A DNA stretch of 64,000 bases from Octopus sinensis (taxonomy: Eukaryota): NCBI RefSeq assembly GCF_006345805.1, contig NC_043000.1:105152001-105216000 (forward strand), in the 5' to 3' direction. A program made the position numbers and the translations under genes. The notes below the pieces were generated by a model that did not search any database, was not told the DNA's origin, and saw only the letters and a program-made list of their open reading frames with translations. Positions 1 to 14,964 of the stretch are shown here, piece after piece; the stretch's first letter is position 1; the number at the start of each line of letters is the position of its first letter.

Positions 1-885
1 CAGGATATCAATGCAAAATGTAAGGAGCCGGCAAAAATACCGTGAAACATTTCGTTCAACACCCCTAACAATTCTGCCAATCCACCCCTCTAAATAAATT
101 ATACAAATAATACCTAAAATATGTCATCATAAGCATATTGGAGAGTTGTGAACGCCAACGTTGCCAGCATAAAGTATATGCTATCTACTGTATTCATAAA
201 GGGCAGGGGTCTATCTGTGTAAACTTTCTAATCCAGTATCATTGAAACCAAGCAAAACAGTGAAAAAGCAACACACAGAAGAGAATAGTAAAGGAAGAAA
301 TAAAGAATACAAAAGCAAATAACAGACAAAAATGACTACCTGGAGTCAAAGCACACCTGCGTGATAAGTGAGCTTCGCTAAATTATAAATAATCTGTTCT
401 TATGAAAAGTGCAGTGCGTTTTTCAACTACAGGAACTTTGTCTTCAACGGAAAACGATTTTATGACTAACTAGATAGAAACAGAATAGAAACTAATGAAG
501 CGCTAAAAAGAGAAGTAGAAAAATTAGGGGAATAGTGTATGAACAATGACAGGATCGCCACAAGCAAGAATATTCAAAGCAACAAGCAACACCAGAAAAA
601 AACTCTGAGAAAAATAACAGCCAAGAAAAATTATAGTGTGCCAAACTTATAGCTAAAATACCCAGAAGGTAGCAACAAAATACTTGCAAAGTTGTTCATT
701 GATCTACTGATAGAACAAGAAAGAATATTTGAATTCTTCAGCAAGTTAAAACCACGCCTGAGGCATCTTCAATGCCCCCAAAACTACAGACGCACAATCT
801 GCTTGATTAAAAATGACTAAATGTTAATATCAGTTGTATAATAAAGGGTACACGTTCTAGCCCTAACAAACGTATGTCCTGAGTA

Positions 886-1571
886 AAAATTCCCGATATG
901 ACAGAGAAATGTCTTAGATAGAGAAGACATTTCATTCTCATAAGAGAATTAAACTGAAGATAAACTTACAAAGACTTAAGAATAAATTTACAAGATAGAC
1001 TACGACACAAAAGAAGACGGTTAAAAAGATCTAAAGACCAGCTGATGTTCAACAACTTAATAACTGAAGATTAAATAGTAAAAAGAGAAGTATTTAATCT
1101 TAGTGTGAGTGGACAGTGTTCTCCATGAATAAGATTCTGGATGAGCCAGGAGTAAAATAGTATCACTATCAAGGTGGTTCATCAAACCAGACACGAATAA
1201 ATAGAAGACGATTTCACAGTAAAAAAAAGGGGGTAGAGAGGATAAAAAAACCAAATCAATCCAAAAGATTAAAATTCCGAAGTAGCAATAGTCAGCTAAC
1301 TCATACTGGCAGATTTCTTCAAATCGCTAACTGGAAGCAACAGAGAATTAAAAAAAAAAAAAACTAAATGCGATGCACCAATTCAAAAGAAATTTGGCGA
1401 GAAATTTATTTTTAAAATCTTTGAATGTTATTTTGAACAGATGAGAGCTCACGAAAAAAATTCCCAATATGATATTAGATAGAGAAGACATTTCATTCTC
1501 ATAAGAGAATTTAACTGAAGATAAACTTACAAAGACTTCAGAATAAATTTACAAGATAGACTACGACACAA
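886..1571 (+). repeat. Direct duplication: 97-bp core at 914-1010 and 1475-1571
   Basis: ttagatagagaagac...ctacgacacaa occurs twice with 2 mismatches; both copies are preceded by aaaaattccc(g/a)atatga. Confidence 0.9.
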
Positions 1572-1936
1572 TGTACAACACGCTAGGAAGAAATGCAACA
1601 GATGCGGAGATTAATATTGCGCTAAATTTATGAAATACAGTTAAATACCAACAATAAAGCAACAAATATCAGTAACAGAGCTGTTTTAATAATAGGATGT
1701 AGTTAGTCTTAATATGAAACTAATTGAGTTACCAAGACTAAGTGAGGAAACAAGAAAATAATTACATTATTTAGAATACATCACTCAAAAGCAAAAATTA
1801 TTTTTTTCAACAATGAACACATAGAGACCTTCCGCAACTAGAAAACTATTAGAAAATATCTACTTCAGAACTATAAAATTATCTAGTAAAGAATAAAGAA
1901 AACCTAATTCAAAGAGGTACAAATTATGAACATATA

Positions 1937-2092
1937 GGCGCAGGAGTAGCTTACTTACCAATCACATGGTTCCGGGTTCAGTTCCACTGCGTGGCACCTT
2001 GGGCAAGTATCTTCTACTATAGCCTCGGGCCGACCAAAGCCTTGTGAGTGGATTTGGTAGACAGAAACTGAAAGAACCCCGTCGTGTATATG

Positions 2093-2151
<59 letters not shown>

Positions 2152-2350
2152 TTGTCACCCCACCATCGCTTGACAACCAATGGTGGTGTGTTCATGTCAC
2201 CGTAACGTAGAGGTTCGGCAAAAGAGACCGATAGAATAAGTACTAGGCTTACAAAGAATAAGTCCTGGGGTCGATTTGTTCGTCTAAAGGCGGTGCTCCA
2301 GCTTGGCCGCAGCTAAATACTAAAACAAATAAAAGAATAAAAAAAGAATA
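1937..2350 (+). mobile_element. tRNA-derived SINE, family A (CORE-like block, internal microsatellite)
   Basis: Head ggcgcaggagt...ggttcagttcc (B-box-like), ggcaccttgggcaagt, internal (TG)n and A-rich tail; colinear with the copy at 42457-42864. Short deletion in the A-box region. Confidence 0.85.
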
Positions 2351-2399
2351 TCCTTAAAACAAAAATATACTCTGTATGTGTGTGCTCGCGCACGCGCAT

Positions 2400-2492
2400 G
2401 TATCTTTTATCTCTTGTTTCAGTCATTTGACTGTGACCATGTTGAGGCACTGCCTTGAAGGGATTTTAGTCGAACAAATCGCCCCCAGAATT
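2400..2492 (-). mobile_element. SINE family A 3' tail fragment, inverted relative to the 1937-2350 copy
   Basis: cttgtttcagtcatttgactg...tttagtcgaacaaatcgcccccag matches 42480-42545. Confidence 0.75.
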
Positions 2493-2493
2493 T

Positions 2494-2594
<101 letters not shown>

Positions 2595-3399
2595 GTATAT
2601 CTATTCAAGACAGCAAAATATAAAATAGAGGCTAAGCTGGAAAGCAGTTGTGAGGAAAGAAGGCGAAACAATACCCGAAAATATCAATCTTTCAACACTG
2701 AACATATAAACATGATAGGGCTGGAGGTTTAATACACTGAAAATTATACCCAACTGGAATATGTCCAGGAAAGGGTTGATATAAAACACTCCACAAAGGT
2801 TCTCAGAGAATGACAAAGTAACAGAACTGCAGGACATGCTATGTCACGCATACAGGCAAGTGGTCCACATGCTATGAAAATAATCAGAAAAAATGTCTTG
2901 TAATCGACGTATCAATTCCAACGGGCGACACTATGTCTGGTAGGAATGCAGAGGCTGTCCAACTGCAAAGACATGAAGATAGAGATAACCAAAGTGTGGG
3001 AATTGAAAACAGAAGTAATCCTCATAGTATTAGATTTCCTGTGAATGATAAAAAAGATACGCACACACTTTCACACACGTGCACACACACACATACACAC
3101 ACACATACACACATGCACATATACACACATACACACACATACAGTATCTTCAGTAACTTATACGCATACACAAGCTACAACTGCCGGACTTAGCAAGTAT
3201 ATTACGAAAAGTATTCTCAATACTTAAAAAAATAATGCAGTGCCCAAAGCTCGTCATTGCACTGGGTAAAGAAAGTAAAAGGCTCGCAATAATAACGGAA
3301 ATACTAAAATGATAATAAGGGCTAACAGAACCCGTGAAAATTACACGATTTATAATTATAATGTTCTTGTTTCTATTTTGATAACCTAGAGCACGTGTG

Positions 3400-4700
3400 G
3401 ATTGCATTTTTTGCCTTCTCGCCGCATATCACGTCTAGTTGACTTTGTGCATATGCAGCATATCACGAATCGGCAACACCCACCCTTTCAATCGATTGAA
3501 GATCTAGTCTCAGGAGTTTTGAAAATCATGTTTACATCTAATTCTGAATGTCCTCCAAGAAGAGGCTGATCAGCGCAAGCCCACTACACTCAAATTGTCT
3601 CTCAAGAAATGTGGCTCATGTACTTTACCAACTCTCTATAGATTCAAGGCTAGACCCTTTAAATGTCGCATTTCCCTTACCAACACCACCATTAATGGAT
3701 TTTGAGTACCTGATAACACTCTGAACACCAAGTGCCAACTTTCGATCCACCCTTTACTTCGAAATCTCGTCATTTCCAAAGCAACATTGCCATTTCAGTC
3801 GACTGGGACAAACCAAATGAGATATGAATGTAACATAGTCAAATAGGAAGAGATTGGTAGTCAACATGCTGGAAATACAGATATCAGTGAAGGTTATCAT
3901 ATCTAAATTGTCACTATTTTACTCAGGTCAACAAGTTTTCGCTTGTAAACATTACTTCGTTTTTTTCTCTCTCCTGTACATTTGGCCCGTTTGGCACGCA
4001 AGGTTATCCATTCATAGCATGATCTCGTGTCAGAGTTTAGTCTTGATATTACACTAGAGAGGCATTAATGTTCTTCCTCCTTCTCTATGGCGCAAATAAT
4101 GCAATAGTTCACCTATATTGATATTGCCATTAATATGACCTCCACAAAATGCTTATCTTTGTAAACCGAACTTGCATTTTGGAATTTTTACTCTTCGCTT
4201 CTTCTTCTTAGTGAAAACAATACCCTTCTTTACAGGTTTTCTGTGTGAACTATGTTCTTTAATAATATCTTCCAAATCTCCACTCCTATTGAAAGCTTTG
4301 TCTCGTAGATGTATCTGCGTATAATTGTATGTTACTCCAATCTTCCCGCTGACATGGCAGTAATCATATATATGTTTTTTTGAAACTTCATGTTGATGTC
4401 CGAACATTTATCTGTACACATACATCAGGATCAATTTTTTTCACTATCGTCCCTTTCATGACTGCTGTTATTCTGTTGTTTGGTATTACTATTATCATCC
4501 TTGTCGCTGTTGTTGCTGCTGTCATTACCAGAAGTGACAATATCGATTTTCTTTTGTCTCAGTATTATCTTATTGTTTATGTAAATGTTGTTCTAAGTGT
4601 TGTTGCCGGCGTTGCTGTAAAAGCTGAAATTATTGTTGCCATTTGAGCAATTTTTCACAATACCATAAAGATTTCTATATTCTTCCTCAGCTTCCGAAAG
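3400..4700 (-). mobile_element. Possible very degenerate piggyBac-like transposase relic
   Basis: Minus-strand fragments: an acidic/Asn-rich stretch, VIRYSKS/MVGVGKG (cf. YNKxMGGVD) and a C-terminal CCICTKSTRR..KKCNPH (cf. Cys-rich domain). Weak motif matches only. Confidence 0.3.
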
Positions 4701-4983
4701 AGGAAGTTAGCTTCTACAGTTATGAAATTCACCGGCACCAGAATAGCCAGGTTAGAATTAATTTCTTCAGCGTAAGCAGAAACAAATAACAACTAAGCCT
4801 GCGTCTTTAAATGGAGAAGATACATAAAAAGTTACTCTACAATTCCTTGAAATAATATCAATAAAAGAAATACAGATCATCTGATTTATATCAGAGATAT
4901 AAATATTATACAACGTCGAGTAAGAGATGCTTTATGGCATGTCTTTGCATTGTAAAATCAACTGCAACAGTAATAACGATAAT

Positions 4984-5178
4984 TCTTTCAACGGCAGGTA
5001 CAAGCCCTGAAATTTTGAGGAAGGTGGCAGGCCGATCACACCAACTCCAGTCGATTAACCCCAAAAGGATAACAGGCAAATCTAACCTCAGCGGAATTTG
5101 AAATCGGAATGTAAAACTGGAAGAAACATTACTAAACATTTTGTCCGGCATGCTATCGATTCTGCCATCTCGCTACCT
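4984..5178 (-). mobile_element. SINE family B, old copy
   Basis: Reverse complement aggtagcgagatggcagaatcgatagcatgccggacaaaatg...tcaaattccgctgagg aligns with the copy at 20852. Confidence 0.75.
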
Positions 5179-5239
5179 TAATAATAACGATAAATAATAT
5201 CCTGATAGCGGCTTTCATGGCTTTAATCTTAACTGATTG

Positions 5240-5741
5240 AAGAGTTAACGTACATGTTTTGTCTTGGTGTGAAGGGTAGTCTACACCAAATATTCGGCTT
5301 GGTACCACAGATTCGCTTGTCAGCTGCTTGACCATAACCAGTTGAACATATCCCTTTATGGCTGATGATATGTGCATCTCATATCATGACCGGGAATAAT
5401 GGGAAAGCATCACAACCGTATGTGTTGAGAGAGATTGGGGGGGTGGTGAACAATTTCGCACTGGAAATATGTGTGTTTTGTTCATCATCCTTAAAAAAAA
5501 CTCCTTATTCGGGTACCTTTTGAATGGGATGGGCTACTCGACCTAAAGAAAATTCCATCTGGGCTGCATTTGCAAGAACATACGTTGTTTACCTCGATAT
5601 GAGATCACGATGTCACGTACATATGGTTGTGATGCATGTGCCTGGCGTACCCTCACCAGACGGGTAGTCATGATGGGTAAATTGGGGTTCGTATATTTGT
5701 ATCCCAACGTCACATTGATGGCATGTGCTGCTTTCTAACTC

Positions 5742-5793
<52 letters not shown>
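5240..5793 (+). mobile_element. 3' end/UTR of a non-LTR retroelement ending in an (AAT)n tail
   Basis: GC-richer block ending gatggcatgtgctgctttctaactc followed by ~17 AAT units; resembles a recalled common octopus repeat. Family not assigned. Confidence 0.6.
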
Positions 5794-6939
5794 TATTTCA
5801 TTGTTTTAACTTGTACGATCCGAGAAAATTTCGTATTCTGTAAATGTTCTTATTTGTATTTTCTATTTTTATACTTAAATTTATAAACTTTATAACTTTG
5901 CTTCGTTATCTTAAAAATTTAGTTGTATCTTCGATATTGTTCCGTAGTTAGGCTATCTCATTATGTCAAAGATTTTGGTTATGTCTTCGATGTCGTTCCG
6001 TAGTTAAGGCCATTTTTTTTTATTGCCGTGGCGCAGATTTCATTTATGTCTTCGATATTGCACCATATATTACGGTTAACAGAAGGGTAATACTCGAACA
6101 ACGAACACATGCCATTAGAAGGTGACTAATATTATAGATATTTATGTTGCAGTCGTTACAGTGGGTTATATTTGTGTTGTAGATGTTTTGGAATATTGTA
6201 GCTGTTAGATGTAGTTTTTGGTGTTGTTGCTGTTGTTGTTGCTGTCATCGTTGTGGACATGAGGAAGAGGAGGAGGACGAAAATAATGATGATGATGATC
6301 ATGATCATGATGAGGAGGAGGAGGAGGAGGAAGAAGAGAAGTAGGAGGGAAAAGAGGAAGTTCTTTTCTGATACAAATACTCTTCGTTCTTTGAATGGCT
6401 TACCCATTTAGCAAACTTTTCTGTTTCTGTTATGAAACAAAATTGTTTCGGGGAAGTAAATAATTTCTGAGTCCTTCCTTCCCATTACACGATAATTCTA
6501 CCAATGGTACCACCACCACCACCACCGGGCCAACAACAACAACCCAACCACCAGTACTTATACCACTATTATTACCATCAGCAATAAAACCACAACAAAT
6601 CTCTTATACCACCGCCAAAACCTTCACCAATACAGTTATAATAGTGAACATCATCACCGAATCTCCTACAATCACATCCTACATTAAGCCACCACCACTA
6701 TAACAACCTCTACTGCCACAACAACTATCACCACGTAAACCAGGATCACTACCAAACCCACCACCAACATTATATCTACCACCACTACTACTACTGCTAC
6801 CAACAACAACAAAGGAAGCTTTAACTAAAACTATATTGAGGATTATACCTCAGATTAAACTACAAATGACGTAGGATTTGTGTTTGTTCTCTATTATGTG
6901 CTCAATACATATCTTATTTGTGCGCATGTATGTGGCTAT

Positions 6940-7460
<521 letters not shown>

Positions 7461-8175
7461 TATATTTGTATATACGATATGAATATCAAAATGTTCCCTA
7501 TCTATCTATCTATCTATCTGGTCTATCAATCTATCTATCTATCTAATTTCCATTTATTTTTCTAATATATATATTTGCGTATGTAAATATATACATATCC
7601 CTACAAATATATAAATATATATTGTGTGTATGCATGTATACACACAACACACACACACACACAATAGCTACACAGAAATACAAAGGTATATTTACATATA
7701 CACACCTGTAAATGCTTATCATACAGCAACACGATGTGTATCCATGTGAATGTATGTATTTTTGCATAACAATGCGCATGAATGTCAGTATATATTTATG
7801 CATGTGCTTTTGTGTATATGTGCATGTGCATGGGCGCGCGCGCGCGTGTGTGTATGTGTATGTGTATGTGTATGCGTGTGTGTGTCTGAACGGAAGAAAG
7901 CATTAAATAATCTGGTTTTGCAAACATAAAATATTACACCCAGGTTAAATTAAGCCGCCGATTTCCATTTTCCCCATCACAGTGCACGGTAAATGCATTT
8001 CTGCTGCATCTATGGCAGATTATCTATAATTCTTTACTATCCCCATGCCCCAAATGTAGCAGTTACTGCAATGTTTTTGGATTTTCGTTCTGCTATTCCG
8101 GAGATTTGGCTTTTCGTCGCCATAGTAACGCATTTCAGATATGTTCATCAAGTGTGCATCACTGAGTGCCTACCA

Positions 8176-8285
<110 letters not shown>

Positions 8286-8414
8286 TCTATTTCATACATA
8301 CGCATACACACTCACATATGTATATTCATATTTTTTATGTGTTTATATACACGCACATACATGTATATATATATGTAATATATATATATGTACATATATA
8401 TATGTAATATATAT

Positions 8415-8470
<56 letters not shown>

Positions 8471-9102
8471 TATGTACATGTATCTTTATGTGTATGTAGT
8501 TTCGAATATGTGTGTGCATGTATGTATGTATGTATGTATGTATGTATGTATGTATGTATGTATGTATGTATGTATAGTGTGGGGCTGAGCATCTAGAATT
8601 TTATAATTTTGATAATTGTGCATAGAAAGTTTTAATTTTAAAACAAGTTGGAAATTTAAAAGAAGATTATATTTATATATTAGACTTTCTAATTTTTTTT
8701 TAAGAATCCTAAAAATGCAGTTTCATTGTGTTTTTATATTTTATTTGATTTTCAAGTTTAAAAAATGTTTCCATAATTTAAATGTCTTTCTAATCTATTA
8801 ATATTTTCGATAAATTGGTATATGTACAAAATATACATAATATACCGATAATACATTTTGATAAATGTATCTAATATAAAAATGTATATGTAATATATAG
8901 ATACGATATTTAATAAATGCACCTAATATACATAATATATGTAAATAAGATGCTATCGACATATGACTATTGAATAAACTGTTTGAATCTTTGTGTGGTT
9001 TGTTCATGAGTTCCAGTCAACAATGTCATTTGATTAGCCCCTAATCTTCCCTCAAACAAAGAGCCTACCGTCTTTTAATATAAGGGGTTCTCCAGGAGCT
9101 CT

Positions 9103-9424
9103 CGGTGGTTCTCAACCATTTTTTTTATCTATGGACCCCTTTGATTACTTTTTTAATTCTCTGGACCCCCATAACCATTCAATCAGTTTTATAGAAATTT
9201 CTTTCAAAATTCCTATTCTGTTTTTCACACATTAACTTTTGAATGTCGAACTATGCAAAATGTGAGAGGAAGAATCTTAAGTGTTTCTTGGAATGTATAC
9301 CAACACATACATTTAAAGCAGAATTTTTTTCAGGGGCCCTTAAAATACAATTGTGGATTCCCAATTTACTATTTTTTGTATATGGTCCCTCAGGGACCAT
9401 GCAGTCCTTGGTTGAGAACCACTG
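9103..9424. mobile_element. hAT (Charlie-type) MITE, ~322 bp
   Basis: TIRs cggtggttctcaacc (9103-9117) and ggttgagaaccactg (9410-9424). No clean 8-bp TSD. Confidence 0.7.
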
Positions 9425-9722
9425 TCATACAATATCGTCTTGAGTACATGTGCTTCAAAAAAACTTGGCTATGACTCGCACGACTTTGATTAAAGATCTA
9501 CTCCGTCGGTGATGAACTGGAGCAAAACAACAACAACAGCAACAGCAGCAGCGCTATTTCTAATTTTATTTTAAGAAGGGTTTGTTGGAATATCAGAACT
9601 AACCTCTTCTCTCGGTGCATGTTGAAACACTTAACTCCAAGAACACCCTAGAAACTTATCCTTTCATATCAGCATATCACTATTTCATATGTATTAGACA
9701 TGCGTACGCGTACATACATACA

Positions 9723-9761
<39 letters not shown>

Positions 9762-9770
9762 ATATATATA

Positions 9771-9849
<79 letters not shown>

Positions 9850-10497
9850 CATCCCCATATATATATGTGTGTGTATGCGTGCGTGTGTGTGTATTTGTGC
9901 GTAATTGTATGTATGATTATTTTCTTTATATATTTCAAATTATTATTCCATTTATGTTATCTATATTGTTTTTGTTGTTGTTCTTGTTCTTTTTTTAATC
10001 TTTATCTCCTTTCTATTTCAAAGATATCTAATCTATGTATTATGAAGAAATGGGGTGAAAATGAAGAATCCTGATCGTAAATGGTTCTCAAACGGTCTGC
10101 TGCAAGAAGTAGGTTGTACGCCACGATATTTTTAACTTGCCATGCGAAGTGACTCAGTAATTTTTAACTCATTAAACGTGGAAATTGGATATTACCGCTC
10201 AAAATTAGTTAACTGCAGAAAACAGTTTTACCCAACAGCTTTGAAAATAAATCAAAATTATGCTACGAGAAACGGGGGTACACTCTCTGATACTTTTGAC
10301 AAAAGACAATTTTTCAGAGTTTCTCATTTTTTCTCTCATGTTTCATCAAATACCGCTTTACAGAGGGAGAGTCAAATACAGTTATTGGTGGATATGAAAA
10401 CCATACTAATAGAAGATACTGAAAAAGTATTGCAGAATCAGAATTATATATATATATTATATAATATATATATATACATATATATATATATAATATA

Positions 10498-10549
<52 letters not shown>

Positions 10550-10666
10550 TTCTATAGTATGTAATTTTCGTAAAAGGTATAATTTAATTTTTTATTATTG
10601 AATTGATAAAGGTGTTTTTTTTTTCTAATTTATATATATATATATATATATATGTTAACTAACTAA

Positions 10667-10771
<105 letters not shown>

Positions 10772-11859
10772 TAACATTATTACGAGAATGACCATGAAAT
10801 TTAATTACTTGGTCAATTATATTTTAAAATTTTCATGCGATTTATATTTTAAAATTTCCATTCGAAGTATGCAAGTAATTTTTAACTTCCGATAAGAAGA
10901 GCACCAATAATTGCTATACTTGATCTACCAAGAACCATCACAATAAGGGGTCGGTGGCATGTTAGTTATGTCTCCTTTTTGTTACTCCTACTCTCTTTAA
11001 TGAAAATAAGGTGGAAGGAAGGACATTGGATAATATAGTCTTAGATAAACTATTGTACCGTTGATCGAAGTTTTACAGAATTTGAGCCAAAGTGGGATTA
11101 AAGAAATATAACATATATTGGCGTGGGGGTGGTTGTGGTGGTATTAAAGATGGTTGGGTCGGTAGTTGGAATGATAGGAATTGTTTAGTGGCAACAGTGG
11201 TTGTAGTGTTGTGGTGATTAGCAATAATGGAACTACTACAAGTATGATAATTGCCAAAGTACGCCTATCGATGGTCGTGGAGTCGGTGTATTTACGGTGG
11301 TAGTATTGTCGTACTAATTTTGCGGTGGTGGCACTACTGGTGATGTTTGGAATCATCTACAAATGGCAAGCAGACAGCAGAATTTGGTTGCATTCCGTTG
11401 CATCTTGAGCTCGAATCACGTTCAGATTTTCTTTACCATCCTTTCTGAAGTCAATAAATTTATACGCTGGTGTGAGGGTGTGATCAACTGTACCGTCCAG
11501 TAAGATGCTCCACAATCTTCAAGTCATTCTCTGAAAAACAGTCAGATTCGATGCAAAATGTATATGAGGGCTAAGCCCTCATATTACAAGTGTAACGCAT
11601 CCTGCAAGCTTCCTCACATTTTCCTATGTTCTCAGTTTTACTCACTAGGTTCGCGGGGACTCGAGAATATGATAAAAGATACACACCCAAGAAGCCGCAC
11701 ATTGAGATCGAACCCGGAGTGGCATAATAACAAAGCAAACACTTTTACCACACAACCATAATGTCAGATGATACACACAAAGTTCTTGTTTTAGTCTGTG
11801 CTTCCTAAGTTAGGAAGAAACAACTTTTGTCATCATTCTTTGTGTCCACTAATGATCGC

Positions 11860-12020
11860 GTGCTGGTAGAATCGTTAGAGCATCGGGAAAAAATTATACG
11901 TTGTATTTGTTGTGATTCTTTACTTTCTAAGTTCAAATCATTTCAGCGCTCTCAACTTTGCCTTTCATCCCACCGGGATCGATGTTTTCGACTAACACCC
12001 ACCTCTCCTCAAAATTGTTG
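11860..12020 (+). mobile_element. SINE family B, degenerate
   Basis: gctggtagaatcgttagagcatcggg...aagttcaaat...caactttgcctttcatcc. Confidence 0.6.
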
Positions 12021-12521
12021 AGTTTGTGTCTAAATCAGAAACTACTCTTCGGATCCATTTAGAAAATATTCGATCTCAACATCAATGTATTGATCTCAAC
12101 AGTTCGGCAAAGCCAATGACCGCCATGATATTGCTCTTCCTCTTGACCTGGTGGTGGTGGTGGTGGTGGTGGTGGTGGCCATCGAATTCGTCGTCGTGAT
12201 GGTCATTGTGATGTTAGAGGTGCCGGTGGAGATGATGATGGAAGTAATGTTGGTGATGGTGGTGATGGTGGTGATAATGGTAGTGACGGTATCGTGATTG
12301 TGAAGGTGATGGTGGTGATGGTGGTAGTAGTGAGCTCGTACCGGTAGTAATTGTGTTTGTTGTTGATGTTGTTGTTGTTGTGGAAGTGGTGGTGGTCATA
12401 AAAGTTGTTATGGTGAGAATCAGAAGAGAGAGGTCTTGATAGTGGTTTACTTAATTATACGCTGTATTTAGTCAAAAGTACGCCTTTATTCATCACGCAC
12501 GCGAGCACACGCACATGCGTA

Positions 12522-12561
<40 letters not shown>

Positions 12562-12967
12562 CATACATACAAACATACATACTTACATACATATGTACGT
12601 GTATTCGCACTTATACACACACCAGTTGAAACAGACACCATGTTAAACTTCTATAAACATGTATGAATATGTGTACAAGTGAATACAAGTAACATGTAGG
12701 CACACACAGTTGCTCTTCCTTTCTCCCTCTTTTTCTCTATTTCCCTTTTTCTCTCTCCTTCACCCTTTCTCTCCCCTCTCCATTTCTTTCTTTCATTCTC
12801 TCTTTATCTCTCTCACACTCTTTTTATCTACCTCTCTCTCTATCTCTCTTTTTTTATCTACTTCTATCTCCATTTTTCTCTCTGTCTCTGTCTCTGTCTA
12901 TCCATCTATCTCTCTCTGTCTGTCTGTCTCTCTCTCAAACTCTCACTCTCTCTCTCTCTCTCTCTCT

Positions 12968-13007
<40 letters not shown>

Positions 13008-13489
13008 ATCTATCTATCTATCTGTCTATTTATCTTTCTGTCACTCTCTTTTTCATGAACAAATACACTTGCTCTCACAAATAAACATACAAAGCTATCC
13101 TCGCAAAAAGAGATATACATATTCATGCAGATATAAACACATACAGGCAAACTCACAGACGGGCATACAGAGGCTGATACACATACCGAAAGACTCAGAG
13201 AGGCTGACACCTAAACGCAAACAGATTCACATTCACAAGTAAATGCACACACATACATAAATTTCACACACAATGCAAACAGAAGCCGACTCACACAGCG
13301 AGAACACAGACATAGACGCAATCATGCTCGCACGCGCACACTTATGCGCATGCCTGCACACATAAACATGTACACCCACAGACCCGTATGCGTAGTAACT
13401 GTAAATACGCCAATCGATATTTTCGTTTATTGGTTGTTGTTGGGGAGGTGGGGGATGTCTACTCCCCTACTCCCCACTTCTCTTCTGTA

Positions 13490-14285
13490 TCGTTTTCTAG
13501 CTTCATTATTTGATTAAGTCTACAATGAAAGATAAATAAATGTTTGTTTGTTTTTTCTGACAGTATTTCTCAATGCTATAATAATAACAACACAAATAAC
13601 AATAATCCTTTCTACTGAAGACACAATGCCTGAAATTAAAGGGGAGGAGACTAGCCGATTACATTGACCCCCAGCGTTTCACTGGTATTTAATTTATCAA
13701 CCTGGAAGGATGAAAGGCAAAGGGAGAGGAATTTGAACTCTGTACGTAAAGACGGGCAAAATGCCGCTAAGCATGATGATGATGATGATGATGACGACGG
13801 CATCAATGACGGCGAAGGTGGTGGTGGCAATGATGATGATGAAGACGACAGCGACGATGATAATGCTATGTCAAAACGGCCAACTCTCTGGTTATAAGCA
13901 TTTAAATTTCGCCGTCATTGATGCCGTCGTCTTCATCATCATCATCATGCTTAGCGGCATTTTGCCCTTCTTTATGTACAGAGTTCAAATTCCTCTCCCT
14001 TTGCCTTTCATCCTTTCAGGTTGATAAATTAAATACCAGTGAAACGCTGGGGTCAATGTAATAGGCTAGTCTCCTCCCCTTTAATTTCAGGAATTGTGTC
14101 TTCAGTAGAAAGGATTATTGTTATTTGTGTTGTTGTTATTATTATAGCATTGAGAAATACTGTCAGAAAAAAACAAACATTTATTTCTCTTTCATTGTAG
14201 ACTTAATCAAATAATGAAGCTAGAAAACGACGATGATAATGCTATGTCAAAACGGCCAACTCTCTGGTTATAAGCATTTAAATTT
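13490..14285. repeat. Inverted duplication (13490-13816 vs 13908-14230) plus 58-bp direct duplication (13852-13909 vs 14228-14285); the arms contain a SINE-B fragment
   Basis: Arms are reverse-complementary over ~325 bp with a few substitutions and microsatellite-length indels; the 58-bp copies are identical. Confidence 0.95.
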
Positions 14286-14836
14286 TAGTTGAATTTATGA
14301 AAGAAATTTTAGCACCTCACTTTGAGAAACACTGCTCTAGACAGGGTTTCCTTTTACCCATAGTCGTACTTCAGAGTTTCCTTTTAGCCATAGTTCACTA
14401 TACACTGACAGCTTAACTTATGTTTTCTTGACACCATTGGACTATAATCAATATATTTTTCTTTCTTTTCATTACACCAATTAAAAACATGTTTTATATA
14501 GATTAAACGATTATCGATAACGTAATTTATTTAATAAAGCAGCTTGTTTTCTGCAATTAACCTTGGATAGCTTTTTGCGAACATTATCCTTCAAGATATA
14601 CTAAGAACATGAGAATATTTGTTTAGAGGGAATTTTGAAAGTGCGAGGCTTCAGTTGGGCCTTTATTCCAGGTGATCGCCACAACTGTAGAATAAGCTAA
14701 CTTAATTTTGTAACTGTTCAACAAGATGTCGCTTACGACAGTTCACGAATATTTGTAAGTGGGGAAGATATACATGCAGGTCAAACAAACCAACAGATAA
14801 ATATACATACAGGCATTCAGAGAAACATACAAACAC

Positions 14837-14865
14837 ATAGATAGATAGATAGGTAGATAGATAGG

Positions 14866-14964
<99 letters not shown>
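14837..14964. repeat. (ATAG)n microsatellite
   Basis: Direct inspection. Confidence 0.95.

Noticed and set aside
10142-10440. ORF MRSDSV...KQFYPTALK, faintly like a LINE C-terminus or an exon
   Set aside because: One weak motif, no supporting neighbours or splice context.
13490-14285. CRISPR-like or TIR-transposon interpretation of the repeats
   Set aside because: No repeat-spacer periodicity, TSD or terminal motif; the junctions fit a one-off template switch.
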